A DNA stretch of 58,582 nucleotides, filler included, from Sphacelaria rigidula (lineage: Eukaryota), in the NCBI GenBank assembly GCA_964200075.2. It is 5 parts of 5 records of this genome, joined end to end, with 100 filler letters (N's around TTAATTAATTAA, not from the genome) between each part and the next. Parts side by side here need not be neighbours in the genome. Positions count along the whole stretch, not along the records: positions 11,740 to 23,377 come from CAXNAA020004681.1; positions 23,478 to 35,113 come from CAXNAA020004682.1; 3 more parts are not named here. One strand, 5' to 3'. Shown here in pieces: positions 13,065 through 23,902 of this stretch. Each line of letters starts with the position of its first letter. Positions within the stretch are counted from its first letter, which is position 1. Under the pieces are notes generated by a model. That model ran no database searches and had not been told where the DNA came from. It saw only the letters and a program-made list of their open reading frames with translations. Made by a program: the position numbers and the translations under genes.

Positions 13065-13424
13065 AATATCTAATATATATTGACCGGCCAATACATTGTC
13101 ACCCACGCAAACCCAATATATATTGACCGGTCAATATCTCCTCACCAATACGACCCTAATATATATTGGTCGTGCAATATGTTGTCGCCAACGCTGCCCC
13201 AATATATATTGATGAGACAATATGTGTTCAACCCAATAGTACCAATATATATCGGGCGGGCAATATGTATGCAGTCCCACGACATCAATATATATATCGG
13301 GCGCGCAATACATGTGCAGTCTAACGGTACCAATATATATATATATATATTACACCGGCAATACGTCGCAAAATTCCAATATGATCGACTAACATCTGTT
13401 GGAAACATATTGTATTGTCCAGGG
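13065..13424. mobile_element. Second, 5'-truncated copy of the CAATATATATTG-array element
   Basis: Same motif array, ending in ACATATTGTATTGTCCAGGG. Confidence 0.7.
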
Positions 13425-13898
13425 TGTGAAGAATATCAAACGCCTCGTACTCTAGCAATGAACGTCAACGCACGTACGTCACCTCAAAATATCGGGGGAA
13501 GACGCGATCTCGGGATGATTTCCCCCGATTTTTTCGAAAAAATCGGGGGGAAACCGTTCCGAGATCGTGACTCCCCGATTTGGTCCAAATCCGTGTCCAT
13601 CAAGTGCGTTTTCCCGATTTTTTGTCCCCTCGATTTTGAAAAAATCGAGGTTCGTGCCTGCCATTAAAGTGGGTCTTATACACATAATTGAAATTCATGG
13701 TCGCGAGGCGCGGGTCGTTATGTAATACTTGACCTGAAATCAGTGTTTTTTGTCGTTTTCCATGATTATCTTACCGATTTTTCGGGATTTTCTGTGAATA
13801 CATGTACGCTCCGCAAGCCCTATCTGCCACAGAGAGCTCAACAAGATTTCACCGTCTGGGCATTTGTCCGGACCCGGTCGGGGCTTCATTTCCCGTCC

Positions 13899-14305
13899 TC
13901 AGATTTCTACAGCCCGGGACAGTAGCAGCAAGGGAACTACAAAAAGGTGTGCAGCCAACATCGATCACATTTTTACCAACACACACGTAGATAAATTGCT
14001 CTTGCCGCAGGGTACATGAATGCGGCACATTGTAGAGGGTGTGTAGAGGGCAGAGCTCGGGTAGAGGGTCGCCAGACGGTTATGTACCTTGCAGAGGGTC
14101 GCCGCATTCCCTCTGTCAGATTTCTACAGCCCAGGACAGTGGCAGCAAGGGAACTACAAAAAGGTGTGCAGCCAACATTGATAACATTTTCACAAGCACA
14201 CAGGTGGACATTTTGCTCTCGCCGCAGGGTACATGAAGGCGGCACATTGTAGAGGGTGTGTAGAGCGTCGCCACAGTGGGTTGTATAATTTGTAGAGGGT
14301 CGCCA
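13899..14305 (+). repeat. Diverged ~217-bp tandem duplication with TAGAGGGTCGCC motifs
   Basis: TCAGATTTCTACAGCCC(G/A)GGACAG...GCAGCAAGGGAACTACAAAAAGGTGTGCAGCCAACAT starts at both 13899 and 14116. Confidence 0.85.
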
Positions 14306-16324
14306 CATGGTCGCCACAGGGTCTCTACCTCCAAAAGGTGTTCCGATGGTGTAGCAAAGAGCCCACCCTTGGAGTAAATCATGGAGCAAGTGTACCGTAT
14401 ACGATCGAAAGGAAGTGGCTCTCCAACAGACGCAAGAGATGTAAAGGCTGGTTGAAGGCGAATGGCCGAAAATTGCTCCCGAGCGATTTTTCATGCAGGG
14501 TTTTCGAGTTGGACCCTGAAATTTAGCACACTGCCTCCTGAGACCCCGCGAAGAAAAAATCAAAAACCTTCATTGAGAGTTTTGGACGCATCCCATAGCA
14601 CACGTATGCAATTTTTCAGCGTTTAACTTAAAAAAACCCGGAATAAATCTCGCGCGTGTGCGTTGGAGTATGCAAATGTGGCCGGAATTCCCCCAATTAC
14701 TTGATAATGGTATGCTACCGACCTTTTGCTTGTGAGTTTAAGCTTGCATCGACTGTTTGGGATAAGATTTTCGAGGTACGCAACGAAACCTTGTCCACTG
14801 TTCCTGGGGCTACCTCGAGACGACCATTTTTTTTTCTCTTCAGGCAATTTGTACCGGCTTCTAGGGGTCTTCACGCTAAGACCCTCGGAAGCCGGTAGAG
14901 TGGATGAACTCTGAAATGTTCTTCGATGTTTTTTACCATTTGGAATACCTATATAGCCGCTAAATTTGAGGATGATCCGAGCTTTTTTGCGGTAGGTATA
15001 AGGGAAACCGTCAAGAGGCGTCCTGGATCTTTGATGGATATTATCACTGTAAATCCGCCGACACCAAAACCTCACATTACCGGAATACGACATGTTCGGG
15101 GGTAAAACTTGATCCCAGATACACCGTTTTCAAATATTCTTCTAGCGTTAGATTTCGTGAATGACGGCAATTGCTAAGGGTTGATTCATGATGGCAGTCG
15201 GTGCAAACTGTGTCGGGTATTTGCATTTTTAATGTCAGAATAGTTTGAAGACCCCTGATCGGCCGATAAATACTTTCACCATCAGCACCAGGATGCAAGG
15301 AAAAGTTTGGCTTCATTGCACAGTTCGCTTGCTCGTGAGGGTTCATTATGATACCAAATACGTTCCTGCTGTGTCAGTTTGTCGTTAAGGCCAGTCGGGT
15401 GTAAATTTGGGCATTCATTCTGAACTCGCAACGTAAGTAAGCTGTCTTATGTCCCGTGTGTAGAGTGCTTGGTTGTCTCCGCTGTTTTACTTAAACGAAT
15501 TTCTGTCGCGGTACTAAATGTAGTGTTTGCTCTGTTTATTTAACCCGTGCCTACGACAACACTGCCGTCCTCGTGTTGTTTTCTATATTCAGGCAAACTG
15601 TACACGACATGAAACCACGGAAAAGCTGCGGGTAGCTTATCTCGGGAAAGTGAACAGAAAAAGAAAACTCTCTGGGCATGCAGACGCGTGTGTTGTGCGG
15701 TACTGCCCGTAGACAACAGTGTGCACTGTCGCAGTATTTGAGAAATTCACGCGCACATGCAGGGACAAATCGTTCTGGTCCCATCTTTATGTTCTTGCAT
15801 ATATATTCAGGCCAACTGTATCACAGAACACATGAAAGCACAGACAGGCTGTCAATAGCATAGCCCGGGAAAATAAACAGCTCGAACAACCGCCCTAGGC
15901 ACGCGTGTGCTATACTGCGTTGTATTTCGCTGTACTGTACCGCACTTTTGCAGAAACGGCAAAGTAGTTCGGCATCCTACGCACCATGGATGGCAATATC
16001 GTGGGTCCATCGTGTGGAAACTGCAGGGCGCGAACATCACCAGTACAAGTCGTCCTCGCACGTTCGCGTGACGTTTCGGCAACACCCCGGCAGCGCACAC
16101 TTTAATCAGCAGACGGTACGGCACAGCATAGAACAGTACAGTTGACCCGAGTATATCTCACAGCACGAAGACAGTATCCGGCACGAGTCGTTCCCGCACA
16201 TGGTCGCTCAAGTTTTTGGGACACTCCGGCAGCGTACACTGCTAACATTCCATTCGTCGGACGAGCACAAGTATGACTGGTGGCACTCGCGCTCTTGGGC
16301 TTCTCGTTGCCTGTTTTTGGAGGT

Positions 16325-16642
16325 CCTCGAGCACTCGAGTCGTTGCTCGTTGTGGAAAAATGAATAGGGCAAGTACTCGAGGCATTGCGCGCTGTGGAAA
16401 AATCAGTAGGGCGAGCACTCGAGTCATTGCTCGCTGTGGAAAAATGAATAGGGCGAGTACTCGAGTCATTGGTCGTCGTGAAAAAACGAATGGGGCGAGT
16501 ACTCGAGTCACTGCTCGCTGTGGAAAAATAAATAGGGCGAGCACTCGAGTCATTGCTCGTTGTCGAAACATCAATGGGGCGAGCACTCGAGTCATTGCTC
16601 ATTGTAAAATATTGATCGGGCGAGTACTCGAGTCATTGCTCT
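16325..16642. repeat. 42-bp minisatellite, ~7 units (GGGCGAGCACTCGAGTCATTGCTCGCTGTGGAAAAATGAATA)
   Basis: Directly visible; produces 14-aa periodic ORFs (SNDSSARPIHFSTA). Confidence 0.92.
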
Positions 16643-17105
16643 TGGTGAACGGCTTGAGTCTAGGAGTCAGCAACCCGACGAGCAAATAATTATAATGAGC
16701 TTCTCGACGATTATGAATCTATAACCTTCAAGTTCATATGCATATCTGCACATGTACAAGCGTCAAGCTCCGAGGCGGACCAGGGTGGTATCCTACGGCG
16801 CAAATCATGTACATGCTGGATAGTGTTTTCAGGCTGTGGCGCCTTCACGGTGGCGCCAGAAAACCTGGCCCATGTGCAAGGCATCTTGTGCGTGCACAAG
16901 GCATACCAAGGAGAACAACATCGACATAGCACATACCTCCAGATCGTTTCGAAAAGACCCGACATGCTGGGACGTGCATCATCGCTTCGAACAACTAAGC
17001 TAAGCCGTGCAGGCAGTAGGTGCGAGTGGGTGCCAGACAGTGAAATGTGCATCCGTTGTGAACTGCGAGTGTATCTATGGGAAATCATCAGCAAGGCCAA
17101 CAGTT

Positions 17106-17274
17106 GGCGGAGCCGTACCAGCGGCTGCGGGGAGCCTGCGGTGGTGCGGAGTACTGTACAGGCACACAAGCAGCAGTCGTCAACAGTCAGTGCAGCAAGA
17201 AGGCCACGGCTTTTCTGCTTGTACAGTGCTTCGCACCTCCGCAGGCTCCCTGCATTCGCTAGTGCGGCTCCGCC
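17106..17274 (+). other. 59-bp imperfect inverted repeat (hairpin), candidate structured RNA
   Basis: Arms 17106-17164 and 17216-17274 are 50/59 complementary, with a ~51-nt loop. The hairpin is visible; an RNA function is unproven. Confidence 0.6.
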
Positions 17275-17407
17275 CATGTGATGAGAGACACACCGTCAAG
17301 CGTAGCTGCGTGTGCCGCATGAGCGGGGCATTGCTGATGACTTCTTCACACGTCAAACGACCATGACTATGACTCGCGGCACTCGAACTCGTTGTCCGTT
17401 TCTGGAG

Positions 17408-17660
17408 GTCCTCGAACACTCGAGTCATTGCTTGTCGTGGAAAAATTAATACGACGAGCACTCGAGTCATTGCTCGTTGTGGAAAAATTAATATTTCATA
17501 GGACGGGCACTCGAGTCGTTGCTCGTTGCAGACAAGATAATGTTTCATAGGGCGAGCACTCGAGTCATTGCTCGTTATGGAAAAATTAATGGGGCCAGCA
17601 CTCGAGTCATTGCTCGCTGTGAAAAATTAATAGGGCGAGTACTCGAGTCATGCTCGTTGT
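17408..17660. repeat. Second array of the ~42-bp ACTCGAGT minisatellite, ~6 units
   Basis: Same unit and same leader (TGGAGGTCCTCGA) as 16325-16642. Confidence 0.9.
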
Positions 17661-17769
17661 ATTTCCAAAAACCATCAACGAGTGCACTCGTTTCGAGGTG
17701 TAATGACTCGTCCGATCTGTATAATACTCCCACGAAATCCAGCGCCACAGTGGCGCTGCGTGGGCACGC

Positions 17770-18400
17770 CTCCTAGAGGGTAATTCCAACTCTAGGATCG
17801 GCGCAGCACCCAGTTCTCTCGCTAGATATCCGGCCGCTCAGGCGGTGGTGGTAGGTATGCTGTACGGATGTGCACATGGACGCTGCCCCCAGAAAACTGT
17901 GAAAACCCGCGCGTTGCCAACCACATGCTTTTGATGCAGACGTTGGATTCCTCAGGAAATTTCACACTGAACACGAGGCGTTTTTGTGAAAAGTTTTAAG
18001 AGTATAGAGACGTCTGGTTCGTGGGGCCCGTCGTTCAGCAGCATGAATTACGCCTTCAAAAGCGCATGTGCCTGGACGATTGTGGCCGCACAAGGGCCGA
18101 AGGAGACTGGCCGGCCTTCCAAACACTGCGGGACGGTCTCCGGGATAGCCTCCCGGCGCTAGGGGCTATCCCATGCGAGGGCACAAGGGAGAACCAAGGA
18201 AGTTAATAGTCTACGGTATAGAGGTCAAGGATTCACAAGAGTAGGTCACTGCCGCGATCAACATGAGAGTTCGAAGCCTGAGGATCGAGGAAAGACGGAC
18301 AAGCTCGAGGAGGCACGGCGGCGCGAAGATATACGCCAACCACACCTACGTCGAAAGCACGAACCTGTTGCGTGAAGAGCCCCTGAATAGAGAGCCACGA
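17770..18400 (+). mobile_element. Degenerate 3' fragment of an RTE-like LINE ORF2
   Basis: Frameshifted translation ...VVVGMLYGCA...VWFVGPVVQQHELRLQKRM...QGPKETGRP...LGAIPCEG...VYGIEVKD...VTAAINM...RRREDIRQ resembles the post-RT C-terminus of RTE LINEs (MLYGC, RLPKR motifs). Confidence 0.7.
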
Positions 18401-20143
18401 CTGTTGATACGCCAATGGTAATAGCCCGCCAGAAGTTCAGCATGGAAATAGTCTAGAGAGGGATCTGCCCAATACTCGATTACAGATGAAAGGGTGAGAA
18501 GGGGTTAACATGAGAACGGATGTACCCTCCTCTTTTCCAATCGCTCAATGACCCTTTCCATGGGCTTACAACCTCAGCGGTGTGTTCTGCTATGTCCTTG
18601 GGTTGTTTCAATCCGTAGCTCTTCTATTTTTATCACCTCCCCCTCCCCCTCCCCCCCCCTCCCTCTCTCTCTCTCTTTTACTGCGCCAGTGTTCGGGCTT
18701 CACTCCTGCAGACCCGGTGGGTAATAAATCATGCCCAAATTTTGTGGTCCCCAAGGAGCTGAGCCGCAATCTGATTCCACGGCCATATTGATGTGCTTTC
18801 GTGTTCATGTACGTGCACGGAGCACGTTCCTGACGTTACTGGGGTTCCCATCTCCCGCATCCAACATGAAGCCATGCTGCAGGAGGCCGTCTATTTCTCG
18901 TTTATTCTCATTCCTCTATATTTATTCCATCGGAACCTTCTCTTGTTAAAGTTTCCACTAGTTTACTCCCTTTGTTCTTGCTCCCTCTGTGGTTCCTCTC
19001 TCTCTCGAGTGCTCTTCAGCGAGTGCTTTTTCCCCATGGGTACGTTTATCTTGTAACTGCGGCTGAATCCCTCTGGGATAATCAGTACATAATCGACAAC
19101 CGATCGGACAAATGAACCCCTCCACACTAAAGTTGAGTATTTCTTAATTTGATGTTTGGCGATGAACACGCATGAACTCTGCTAGGGAGTATATTGAGCC
19201 GTACTGGAATCCGCGTCAAACGCCAGGCCTACTCGCTTTTTTCGGTTCTCACTCTGCTCGACTTACCCGCATGATTGCTAGATCTAGATTTTTCTCCAAA
19301 TGTCCCCGTGTTGACTGATACCTCACGTTCCATGCTTGATCGATGGAGGCATCTTCATTCATTATCAATAAGCAGACCTTTCCCTTCCCAGTATCGTCGA
19401 CAGATGGTTCAATTTACTGTTCGCTCGCCTGACTATGAAAGTAGAGGTTTCTGTTCTCACAATCTCTTTGGACAGCTTGCTTTGACACCCGTCCATGTGC
19501 GTCACTGAGCGCCCCGTTGCGTGCTCCATTATAAGGGGCAGCTCAACTTGGATGAATGGATACGGTTATGAACAGTGCAACACGTGACCTTGACCAGCGA
19601 GCGCTTTCGGCTTTGAAATAATAATGGAATATTCGTACCCTGGCGCCCTCCTCATGCAGCTCCTTGCTTGATATACCTCTGGTGGCAACACCAGAACGCA
19701 CGACGCCGGCAGCGGTGGAGCGAAATCCGACAATACATATCGTACCTATATGATCGATTGATTGATTGTCGCTCTTTAACTGACCACCCATGGGTCCAGC
19801 TGTGGTCGCATGATAGACTTACCCAAGTTAAGCAACACTGAAACACTCGCTCAAGAAAAGAAGGGACAGAAAGAGGTCGAACAGAACGACATAGTAGACT
19901 CAGATGTGAAACACAAAAGGAGAAACAAAATCAACAAAAGCAAAGCACAGAAAGATGGCCGACCTGAACAACAAAAAAACGAGCATTAAAAAAAAGAAGT
20001 GGAACAACATAATCAAAAAGCAAAAATCCCAAGGGATTCAGGGTGCATCTTACACAACATATTCCATGAATTCCAAAGTGCTCTCTCCCGTTGCTATTCC
20101 GCGTACCGTTTTGTTATTTCGCGCATCCCGCATTCAGTAGCTC

Positions 20144-22368
20144 ATGCGAGGCGAAGCGTTCACCTTCTCTGCTCCTTCTGCCTGGACCACCCCGGCAGGA
20201 TCGGAGGGCACCTTCAGTCTCTTGAGTGTCAGCAAACATATTAGATCTGCAGGTAGCGAAGTTTTGTCGGCAAAAATAGGGTTCAGGTCGAAATGTAAGG
20301 CCAAGAGTGAAGACGGCGGCAGCATTTTGGGTAGTAGCTCGGTAAGCGGACTCATTGGACTGCGTGCGGAGCTTGGTGGTGTCGTCCCGGAGCGAGTGCG
20401 GCAACAGCAAGCGGTAGGCAGTGCTGTTTTTCCAGAGCAGTTGAAAGACGATTCACACGCAGCGTTAGTAATCATGATCTCGAGTCTTGTTCATGCGGTC
20501 TGCTTGCAGAGTCTCGGGCGGAGGAGAAAATAATAACACTTTGGTTTTCGCGCCAGGAGAAGGGAGTTCATTTTTCATTGTAGGTTGGCGTTATTCGTGG
20601 GCATGCGGGGGAGGAAGAGGGGTAGCGAGAATAAAACGCCCCGGGAGACGAGAGTTATCGAGGCCTTGACTTCTTCCATAATTGCGGCAGCCACGCGAGC
20701 GAAGGCCGTGCCGTGCAATTCCAATCGCAAGTAGCCTTGCGCTTGTGTGTATGTCACCCGAAAGAAGCGTGCTGCTGTTCTATTGATTTGTTTCAACAGT
20801 CAACGCCGTGCAACAGTCACCACGATTGTGATGTCGAACGTTTTCTCCTGATGTACTTACAAGCGTAGACCAAACCACATAATGACATATGCTTTTTCTG
20901 GGGATCACGCACCTTCCTACAGCCGACAGTTTCTTCGGCGGACAGCGACAAGGGTTTCAACTGGAGGAGGCAGTGGTACCCCGTTGCGGTCGTGAGGGAT
21001 CTGGAGGCGATGGACCCTCGTCAGCCATACCCCGTCAAGGTACAGCTAGCTCCTATCTACTACGTTGCCAAATAGGAACTTTCTTTGCCGCCCCTACAAT
21101 AAGGACTGTTGGGCGGAGATTGGGATTCGTGTCGTATGGAAGCACGAATACGCATGTGGGCCTTCAGTTGGTTATGAGGTCTTGGGATCTGAAGGTGGAG
21201 ACTGAAAGTGAGACGCAGCTAGAGGATGGTGTAACAAACCCTGTGCCGTAGAGGTCATCAAATGGGTGGCTGTATCGGCATCGATCCTGCGCCCCCGCGA
21301 TCAGGATATGCAGCTAGTATTTGCGCTCATGTATCAGCGTTTCCCCGTGGATGTATCACTAGCTCCCGTCTTATCTCGCCCCGTAAACGGCGTATGGGCA
21401 CTGGCGGCTTCAGTATCGCTGACCACTATGAGGACATCCGATCGCTGCACAGGCGGTGCTACCGGCATGCATGTGCAGCTCTTATTCGGTTACTCTACTG
21501 TCACCAGTATCTCATGGAGGTGGAGCTAGCTCTGTTTTGATATTAGCCCTAGCCCGGACGGATAGGGCAATGGCTAGCTGTAGTACGGCGTCTCCAGTTC
21601 CTGACTGTCGTCAGCCCTATCCGTTATTGGACACCTGATGGCTGACATGTCTTCAAGCTTGCCTCATCAAGGTTGAGCTATCATCAAGATGGCATACACA
21701 ACGCACCCGCTCATGAGTACGAACATATTTGCGTAGTGTAAGCCCCTCGCTTGCCACTGACCATTCGCCTCCCCGAACCGCCGCCCCGTGTTGTGTGCAA
21801 GAGCGACTTTTGTCATGTACTGTGCAGCCACAGAGTCCACATCATACTCAGAGCTCAGAGTACACAGTACAGTACCAATACAGTGCAACAAGTCGTCCCC
21901 AACCCACCCCTGTACTATACTGGTATATCAGAAGTGCTCGATGAGGCTTGAAGGGGATCCGACTTGTTGCGAGCGATTTGACCGCACTGCGGTGAGATCC
22001 TCAATGTGTTTCAACACGTGGATATCTGTCGAAACATCTCATGCTTTCCACATCCTTTTGCCAACATGTTGTCCAGCCTTGCTCAAAATCGACGACGACG
22101 CCGCACAGGCCACCACCTCAGGTGGATTCTGACTCTGTCGAGTCATTCACGTATAAAAACGCTTGTTCCTGCCCGGCCCTGGCGCCGCTGTGTTGCCTGC
22201 TATCTAGCTTTTGGGCGAAAACTTGGTGGTTTGGAAGGATCCCAAGGATAGAGAATGGAAGGCCTTCGCAGACCGCTGTCCGCATCGCTGGGCTCCCCTC
22301 TCGGAGGGGCGTGTGGACCAACAGGCGGGGCGCTTGCAGTGCATCTATCACGGTTGGGAATTTGAAGG
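20144..22368 (+). CDS. Rieske non-heme oxygenase, pheophorbide a oxygenase/TIC55/PTC52 family, 5' part. Exons ~20141/20144-20413, 20923-21039, 22208-22368
   Basis: Spliced translation ...[83 protein letters not shown] contains the Rieske CxH...CxxH motif. Canonical, phase-matched GT-AG sites. N-terminal GEA-F and a Ser-rich transit-like region. No further exon was found before the contig end. Confidence 0.9.
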
Positions 22369-22384
22369 GTAAGCCTTTTTCATA

Positions 22385-22956
22385 CTCTCTGTTCGGAAAT
22401 ATGAGATCGGTTAGGATATTCGAAATATAAGGTCGGTTTTGTCGTTGAGAGGGTTACAAAGGGTATTTTTGCACCATTTGGTTTTGCCGTGCTCCCATCA
22501 GTATACAGATGCAATACATGGCCTACAACAGGGATGGTAAATTTCCACCCCCTCCCAATGTTTGTTTTTTCTCCGGACGCATTTTCCGAAGGTCTGGTCA
22601 GTAAGGAAACTCGGATGTCATTCTTTCTCCCGTGTGGAGCGAAGACAATGTTTTCTTCCGATCTCTATTTTTAGGTGTAATCTTGGTTATATGGAGCATG
22701 CTGTAGACCAACAATTTGATAGAGAAGCCAACATCTTCCCTTTTGACCGGGACCAAAATTACAGGTGCCGAAAATCGGCACCTTTGAAGCGAAAAGAACA
22801 GCACGAATAAAAACAAATTCGAAAAAAATGAGAGATTTTTCGAAGAAAAAATGATGTTTCAGATGAGAACCGAACTCCCGCCCTAATTTTGTCATAGACA
22901 GATTGACTTACGAAGCATCTTGTACGAACTGATCTTATATTTCCGAACAGAGGGAG
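22385..22956. mobile_element. Stowaway-like MITE in an intron of the Rieske oxygenase gene
   Basis: TA|CTCTCTGTTCGGAAATATGAGATC ... GATCTTATATTTCCGAACAGAGGGAG inverted termini. Confidence 0.8.
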
Positions 22957-23902
22957 TTTTTTTGTTGTTGAATGAAGCAGAAAATACGTCATATGTTGAT
23001 GTTTTCGTTAACTAGAGAGATGCAGTGAAGAGAGTCTTCTCAGAGATGAGGTTGAACATTCAAATGAGGTTAAACTCCACTACAGTGCTTTCCCTGACCT
23101 AAGATCAGGACCAATGACCTTCTCATGGAGGACGAATGACTTTCTTATGGACGACTTCATTCCCCCCGACCTCCCTGAATATATATTTTGGGATTTTCTC
23201 GTTTTCTGTTTCCCCAAACAGTATGTACGAAATACACCATTTTGTTTAATTTTCGGATTGAAAAAAAGGATGCTTTCATGCCCGAAAATAATTCAAGGAT
23301 TTCGGGAAGATCGAGGGTATACGGTTGTTGTTGTCTTCACATTAAAAGCCGTTCCGATATCTGCGCGGTACATTGGTNNNNNNNNNNNNNNNNNNNNNNN
23401 NNNNNNNNNNNNNNNNNNNNNTTAATTAATTAANNNNNNNNNNNNNNNNNNNNNNNNNNNNNNNNNNNNNNNNNNNNCGCCATTACATTTCCCCCCCCCC
23501 AAAAAATGGAGGCCCACTTTTTTGTTTTGGGTATGCCTTTATGATTAAAGACGCAAAAAAATGAAATCACAATTTTTCAATTTGAACTGAAAATTGAGAT
23601 AAGGTCCAAGAATAATGCCCATTTTCCTTGAAACTCCCCTGAAAAATTGAAAAAAAAAAAACAGAACGAGAAGAGCTCACGCCTTTTATATTATGCACTA
23701 TTAACAGCTATTCTTCACACCAAATTTCAAAGCACAACTCTCAAAAACTGAGACGCGAAATCCATATTTAGTCTATATAGTGCCTCTGCTCGTAATATAT
23801 CGATTTCAATAAGGAATCTTATGTGCGCCACATCTTGAGATGAATAACGAATCAAGTGCAGGTGAGGGTATCGATCGTTTCCCCGTGCTCCAGGAAATGT
23901 CC

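Noticed and set aside
16325..17660. CRISPR-like array (palindromic repeat at regular spacing)
   Set aside because: The 'spacers' are variants of one another, there are no cas genes, and the context is eukaryotic; this is a minisatellite.
19630..19750. Minus-strand exon with mitochondrial-presequence-like peptide (RSTAAGVVRSGVATRGISSK)
   Set aside because: No convincing partner exons or homology recognised.
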